Source: Planctomycetota bacterium (GTDB taxonomy: Bacteria > Planctomycetota > UBA1135 > UBA2386). From it: a DNA stretch of 64,000 bases. A model generated the notes under the pieces. The model was not told where the DNA came from. It saw only the letters and a list, made by a program, of their open reading frames with translations, and ran no database searches. The stretch is from NCBI GenBank assembly GCA_965228735.1, contig OZ245838.1, positions 704,001 through 768,000 of the forward strand, written 5' to 3'. Every line of letters begins with the position of its first letter. The first letter of the stretch is position 1. Positions 59,032 through 64,000 of this stretch are shown here, piece after piece. The translations under genes and the position numbers were made by a program.

Positions 59032-60192
59032 ATGAGCAAGGAACTGCGACTCTTCACCAGCGAATCCGTGAGCGAAGGCCACCCGGACAAGGTCTGCGAC
59101 CAGATCTCGGACGCCGTCCTCGACGCGATCCTGACCCAGGACCCCGACTCGCGCGTCGCGTGCGAGACGATGACCTCGCGTGGCTTCGTGGTGGTGGCCG
59201 GCGAGATCACGACGAAGGCCGTGATCGACATCCAGTCGGTGGTCCGCGACACGATCAAGGAGATCGGCTACGACGACCCCGACGCCGGCTTCGACCACAA
59301 CTCCTGCGCGGTCCTCGCGTCGATCCAGAAGCAGTCGGCCGACATCGCGCTGGGCGTCGACGAGGCCACGTCGCAGAGCAACGACCAGGGCGCTGGCGAC
59401 CAGGGCATGATGTTCGGCTACGCGTGCCGCGAGACGGACGCGCTGATGCCGTTCCCGATCCACTACTCGCACCGCATCCTCGAGGCCCTCGCCGCGGCGC
59501 GGAAGAGCGGCAAGCACGGCTTCCTGCGCCCCGACAGCAAGAGCCAGCTCACGGTCGAGTACGACGACGCCGGCAAGCCGGTGCGCATCAACACGGTCGT
59601 CATCTCCCACATGCACACGGCCGACGCGAGCAACGAGGAGATCCATGGCGCGCTCAAGTCGGTCGCGACCGAGGTGCTGCCGCCGGCGATGATCGACGGC
59701 GACACCAAGTGGTTCCTCAACCCGACCGGCCGCTTCGTCGACGGCGGGCCGAAGGCCGACGCCGGTCTGACGGGCCGCAAGATCATCGTCGATACCTACG
59801 GTGGCATGGGGCGCCACGGTGGCGGCGCGTTCTCGGGCAAGGACTCGAGCAAGGTCGACCGCTCGGCCGCGTACGCGTCGCGCTGGGTCGCGAAGAACGT
59901 CGTCGGTGCCGGCTTCGCCGAGCGCTGCGAGATCCAGGTCGCCTACGCGATCGGCATCGCCGAGCCCGTGAGCATCCGCTGCGACACGTTCGGCACCAAC
60001 ACGGTCGACGAGGACAAGCTCACCGCAGCGATCCGCGAGGTGTTCGATCTGCGCCCGGCAGCGATCGTGCGCGACCTCGAGCTCAAGACGCCCAACTTCA
60101 AGCGCACCGCGGCGTACGGCCACTTCGGTCGGCCGGAGTTCGCCTGGGAGCGCCTCAATCGCGTCGACGCGCTGCGCGGCCAGCTCAGCTGA
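59032..60192 (+). CDS. metK: S-adenosylmethionine synthetase
   Basis: [42 protein letters not shown]. Confidence 0.98.
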   Translation: MSKELRLFTSESVSEGHPDKVCDQISDAVLDAILTQDPDSRVACETMTSRGFVVVAGEITTKAVIDIQSVVRDTIKEIGYDDPDAGFDHNSCAVLASIQKQSADIALGVDEATSQSNDQGAGDQGMMFGYACRETDALMPFPIHYSHRILEALAAARKSGKHGFLRPDSKSQLTVEYDDAGKPVRINTVVISHMHTADASNEEIHGALKSVATEVLPPAMIDGDTKWFLNPTGRFVDGGPKADAGLTGRKIIVDTYGGMGRHGGGAFSGKDSSKVDRSAAYASRWVAKNVVGAGFAERCEIQVAYAIGIAEPVSIRCDTFGTNTVDEDKLTAAIREVFDLRPAAIVRDLELKTPNFKRTAAYGHFGRPEFAWERLNRVDALRGQLS

Positions 60193-60316
60193 GCCGCCGC
60201 GGTCGCGAATGCCGGGCGATTTCGGTCGACGGCTTGGTTTCGTTCCGCGGTGGCGCGACTATTGCTCATCGAAGCCCTTACGAACGGGCCGGTTTGCGGT
60301 CCGATGAGGTAACGCG

Positions 60317-61423
60317 ATGAGCGAACACGACGACGTCGAAGTCCAGTTCTGTGATCTCTGCGGCACTTCGGTGCCCCTCTCGGATCTCGAGAGCGGGGTG
60401 GCGATCCGGCACCAGGGCAAGACCATCGGAGTCTGTTGCCTCAAGGTGCTCCGGCAGGGCGAGTCGCCGCTCGCCGCGGTCGGAGTCCCGACCGCGACGC
60501 CGACCGCAGGTGCCGGCGCCAGGCGCAACGAGAACGGCCTGCTGCTGCCGGTCGCGATCGCGCTGCTCGCCGGCCTCGCTGGCGTCGCGATCTATCTCGA
60601 CCTCGAGATCCAGAGCGTCGCGGATCGCCAGGTGCGCGATCAGCAGGCCAACTCGGGATGGATGACCGCGAGTTCGGAGCGGCTCGGCGCGATCGACGAA
60701 GCGATGGACGGCGCCGCGCGCAAGACCGACATCGCGGCGCTGCGCGAGCAGGTCGTCAAGCTCGACAACGCGCTCGAGGTGGAACGCGAGCAGAGCCGGC
60801 AGCAGACCGAGACGTTCCGCAAGGCGATCGAGGACATGCGGCGCGGGGTCAAGCGGATCGACGAGGGCCATATCGACTACCGGCCGCTGTTCGACGACCT
60901 CCGGCAGCAGCTGCTGCGGGCCAACCACGCGATCACGGATCTGCGCGACGCCGGGATCGCCGCGCCGGGCATGGCCGAGCCGACCCCGACACCGGCTTCG
61001 GCCGACGTCACGGCCGACCCGGTCGACACCGGGCTGCCGCCGGAGTTGCAGGCCAACGTGCAGAAGCTCGCCGACGTCGACGCCGCGGTGCGCTTCGAGG
61101 CCGTCGATCTGCTGCTGCTGAGCAAGAACATGGACGTGCTGCCGCACCTGTTGCCGGTCGCGCGCGACGCGGACGTGTTCGTGCGGCGTCTCGTCGTCGA
61201 GGGGCTGCGCGACTTCCGTTCGAAGGACGCGGTCGACGTGCTGATCGATGCGCTCGCGGACGAGGACCCCGACGTTGCCGAGACGGCGTGGGGGTCGTTG
61301 AAGCGGCTCACGGGTCAGAAGATCCAGTTCGACGCGCGCGCGCCGAGTCGCGAGGTCCGCGCGCGCGCGCAGGCGCGCTGGCAGGACTGGTGGGCGAAGA
61401 ACAAGGACATGTTCACGCCGTAG
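60317..61423 (+). CDS. Zn-ribbon-like/TM/coiled-coil/HEAT-repeat protein
   Basis: FCDLCG...GVCC N-terminus, one TM, coiled coil, HEAT-like repeats ending WQDWW. Confidence 0.8.
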   Translation: MSEHDDVEVQFCDLCGTSVPLSDLESGVAIRHQGKTIGVCCLKVLRQGESPLAAVGVPTATPTAGAGARRNENGLLLPVAIALLAGLAGVAIYLDLEIQSVADRQVRDQQANSGWMTASSERLGAIDEAMDGAARKTDIAALREQVVKLDNALEVEREQSRQQTETFRKAIEDMRRGVKRIDEGHIDYRPLFDDLRQQLLRANHAITDLRDAGIAAPGMAEPTPTPASADVTADPVDTGLPPELQANVQKLADVDAAVRFEAVDLLLLSKNMDVLPHLLPVARDADVFVRRLVVEGLRDFRSKDAVDVLIDALADEDPDVAETAWGSLKRLTGQKIQFDARAPSREVRARAQARWQDWWAKNKDMFTP

Positions 61424-61524
61424 ACCGCGGTCGTGGGCCGGTCCCGCCGTAGTTCGGCTCTCGTTCGTGTGCCGGTGCTCCGCGCTGCGACCCCGGTCGG
61501 GGCCCGCCGCGTGCCGGGCATGAC

Positions 61525-61554
61525 AAAAAGGCCCGGGCATCCGTTTGCCCGGGC
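61525..61554 (-). terminator. Intrinsic terminator-like hairpin oriented on the minus strand
   Basis: aaaaa-g-gcccgggca-tccgtt-tgcccgggc; the U-tract falls on the minus strand. Confidence 0.5.
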
Positions 61555-61611
61555 GTTACAAGGTCTGGTGCGGCCGCCCCTTCGACCCCGGGGATGGCCG
61601 CGACCCTCGGC

Positions 61612-63054
61612 ATGACCTGGAACAATCGGACCAAAATCGTCGCCACGCTCGGTCCGGCCTCGAACTCGGAAGCGAAAGTGACCGATCTCGTGAAGGCCGG
61701 CGTCGACGTCTTCCGCATCAACTGTGCGCACGCCGACCACGCGACGATCGCCGCCACCGTGCGGCGCGTGCGCAAGATCAGCCGCAAGCTCAACGTCGGT
61801 GTCGGCATCCTCGCGGACCTGCAGGGTCCCAAGATCCGCGTCGGCAAACTGAAGAACGCCGAGCCGGTCTATCTGCGGCGCGGCGCGACGATCACGATCG
61901 ACACGACGCCGGGCATCGTCGGTGAGGCGCGCGACGACGGCTCGGTCGTCATCGGCACGGGCTATGCCAAGCTCGCGCGCGACGTCAAGGTCGGGGAGCG
62001 CATCCTGCTCGACGACGGCAACCTCGAGGTCAAGGTCACCGAGGTCAGTCCGCCGCTCGTGCGGGCGCGGGTCGTCTACGGCGGCACGCTGCTGCAGTTC
62101 AAGGGCATCAACCTGCCGGGCAGCAACGTGTCGGCGGACCCGCTGTCGAGCAAGGACCTCGACGACCTGAAGTGCGTGCTCGGCAACGAGGTGGACTTCG
62201 TCGCGCTGTCGTTCGTGCGCACCGCGGCCGACGTCGAGATGCTGCGCAAGCGGATCGACAAGACCGGCGCGGACGTGCAGATCATCGCCAAGATCGAACG
62301 GCCCGAGGCGGTGAAGAACATCCAGTCCATCCTCGACGCCGCGGACGGGATCATGGTCGCGCGCGGCGACATGGGCGTCGAGATCGGCGCCGAGGCCGTG
62401 CCGCAGGTGCAGAAGAAGATCATCGAGCTGGCCGGCGAAGCGCGGAAGCCGGTGATCACCGCGACGCAGATGCTCGAGTCGATGGTCGTCAATCCGCGCC
62501 CGACCCGCGCGGAGGCCTCGGACGTCGCGAACGCCATCTACGACGGCACGACGGCGGTGATGCTCTCGGCCGAGACCGCGTCCGGGAAGCACCCGGTGCG
62601 GAGCGTCAAGGTGATGGAGAAGATCATCCGGCAGGCCGAGATCCACGCCTACGCCGACCTCGCGGAGCGCCGGCGGCGGACCAGCGGCCCGGCGCTGTCC
62701 GTCGCGCACGCGACCGTGCGGGCGGCGGCCTACGCGGCCTACCATGCCAAGGCGCAGGCGATCGTCGTCTACACCGAGACCGGCACGACGGCGCGGCTGC
62801 TCGCCGGCGAACGGCCGCCGACGCACATGCTCGCGTTCACCCCGTCCCTCAAGACGATGCAGCGGCTCGCGCTGATCTGGGGCATCGAGCCGCGCAAGGT
62901 GCCGCCCGGCCGGACGTCGAACGAGCTGACGCTCAACGGCGATCGCATCCTGCGCAAGGAGGAGTGGGTGAAGGACGGCGATCGGGTGGTCCAGATCGCC
63001 GGCACCGTGCGGCAGGCCGGTCTGACCAACACGATGAGCATCCGGGAGATGTAG
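61612..63054 (+). CDS. pyk: Pyruvate kinase
   Basis: RTKIVATLGPAS, DLQGPKIR, IIAKIE, MVARGDMG, ATQMLESM, PTRAE. Confidence 0.97.
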   Translation: MTWNNRTKIVATLGPASNSEAKVTDLVKAGVDVFRINCAHADHATIAATVRRVRKISRKLNVGVGILADLQGPKIRVGKLKNAEPVYLRRGATITIDTTPGIVGEARDDGSVVIGTGYAKLARDVKVGERILLDDGNLEVKVTEVSPPLVRARVVYGGTLLQFKGINLPGSNVSADPLSSKDLDDLKCVLGNEVDFVALSFVRTAADVEMLRKRIDKTGADVQIIAKIERPEAVKNIQSILDAADGIMVARGDMGVEIGAEAVPQVQKKIIELAGEARKPVITATQMLESMVVNPRPTRAEASDVANAIYDGTTAVMLSAETASGKHPVRSVKVMEKIIRQAEIHAYADLAERRRRTSGPALSVAHATVRAAAYAAYHAKAQAIVVYTETGTTARLLAGERPPTHMLAFTPSLKTMQRLALIWGIEPRKVPPGRTSNELTLNGDRILRKEEWVKDGDRVVQIAGTVRQAGLTNTMSIREM

Positions 63055-63173
63055 CGCGATCGGCGCCGGCCGGCCAATCGCCGCTCGTCGGGCTGTGGCG
63101 AGCGGTTGGGGGGTCGGCGGTCGGGGTCGCCGTCGGGGCCGCCGTTGGGGTCGCAGTAGCCGGAAATCCTGGA

Positions 63174-63201
63174 TTGACAACCCTGGAGCGCCCGCTAGCA
63201 T
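63174..63201 (+). promoter_or_regulatory. Sigma-70-type promoter of rplM-rpsI
   Basis: TTGACA (63174-63179), 16-nt spacer, TAGCAT (63196-63201). Confidence 0.65.
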
Positions 63202-63297
63202 CTTCGCCCCGTTCCGCGGCACCGCACCGTGGCTACGGCTCTCGGCCCCCGGCGTTCGGCGGCGGTTCGGGGGCCCCGAACCGGACTTCAGACAGGC

Positions 63298-63804
63298 ATG
63301 ACCAAGACCACTATCGCCAGCGTCGACGTGCACAACGCCGCCATGAACTCATGGCGCGTGGTGGACGCGACGGGTCAGACCCTCGGCCGCATGGCCACCG
63401 AGGTCGCGACGATCCTCATGGGCAAGCATCGCCCCGACTACACGCCGAACATCCTGGTCGGTGAGGGCGTCGTCCTGATCAACGTGAGCAAGATCCGGAT
63501 GAGCGGCAACAAGGCCGAGACCCGGATCTACACCAAGTACACGCATTACACGAACGGCCTGCGCAGCCGCACAATGGGCCACTACCTCGAGCACAACCCC
63601 GAGGAGCTCGTGAAGAACGCCGTGCGCCGCATGCTGCCGAAGAACAAGCTGGCCAAGCGCATGATCAGCCGCCTCAAGGTCTACGCCGGCGATCAGCACC
63701 AGCAGCAGGGTCAGCAGCCGCACGTGACGGACACGACCCAGAGCATCCACCCGGCGATCACGCCGGCCAGTCAGCCCAAGGCTCAGGCCAAGGCCGACGC
63801 GTAA
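63298..63804 (+). CDS. rplM: 50S ribosomal protein L13
   Basis: WRVVDATGQTLGRMAT, LMGKHRPDYTP, AVRRMLPKN, LKVYAG; C-terminal extension. Confidence 0.96.
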   Translation: MTKTTIASVDVHNAAMNSWRVVDATGQTLGRMATEVATILMGKHRPDYTPNILVGEGVVLINVSKIRMSGNKAETRIYTKYTHYTNGLRSRTMGHYLEHNPEELVKNAVRRMLPKNKLAKRMISRLKVYAGDQHQQQGQQPHVTDTTQSIHPAITPASQPKAQAKADA

Positions 63805-63834
63805 CCGCATCCGAGCCAGCAACTCCAAGCACCA

Positions 63835-64000
63835 ATGGCAGTCACCAACCCGTACATCTGGGGCACCGGTCGCCGCAAGACGTCGACCGCCCGGGTCCGC
63901 ATCAAGGCCGGCACCGGCAAGTTCCTGGTCAACGGCAAGGAGCTCGACGAGTTCTTCTGCACGGCCGACACGCGGTCGCGCGCGCAGCAGCCGCTCGTCG
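63835..64000 (+). CDS. rpsI: 30S ribosomal protein S9 (5' part, runs off the window)
   Basis: [34 protein letters not shown], read directly after rplM. Confidence 0.93.
   Translation, partial: MAVTNPYIWGTGRRKTSTARVRIKAGTGKFLVNGKELDEFFCTADTRSRAQQPLV

Overview
Very GC-rich bacterial chromosomal segment (about 70% by eye) with roughly 56 protein-coding genes. I found no rRNA, tRNA, CRISPR array or transposase. Gene content and protein families suggest an uncultured Planctomycetota lineage (inference). Housekeeping genes (nrdR, smc, gltA, lgt, queC, purD/purL/purQ, panB, pcnB, metK, pyk, rplM, rpsI) are interleaved with many secreted or lipoprotein hydrolases and lineage-specific hypotheticals. 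Five observations stand out. (1) A two-gene module at 33680-35780 encodes a coiled-coil protein with an amphipathic basic tail and an actin-fold ATPase that resembles haloarchaeal volactin rather than MreB/FtsA/ParM, a candidate undescribed bacterial cytoskeletal system. (2) A chromosomal dihydropteroate synthase carries the Sul-type DPGMGFFLG signature. (3) Three unrelated exported proteins share a ~110-125 aa C-terminal domain, a candidate lineage-specific sorting or anchoring domain. (4) Three long intergenic inverted repeats share a TAC(C/G)GAACC(C/T)G core, and two of them supply stop codons to neighbouring genes. (5) The poly(A) polymerase has a ~465 aa charge-blocked disordered tail. 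Start codons were refined by eye and all homology calls are motif-based, not database-verified.
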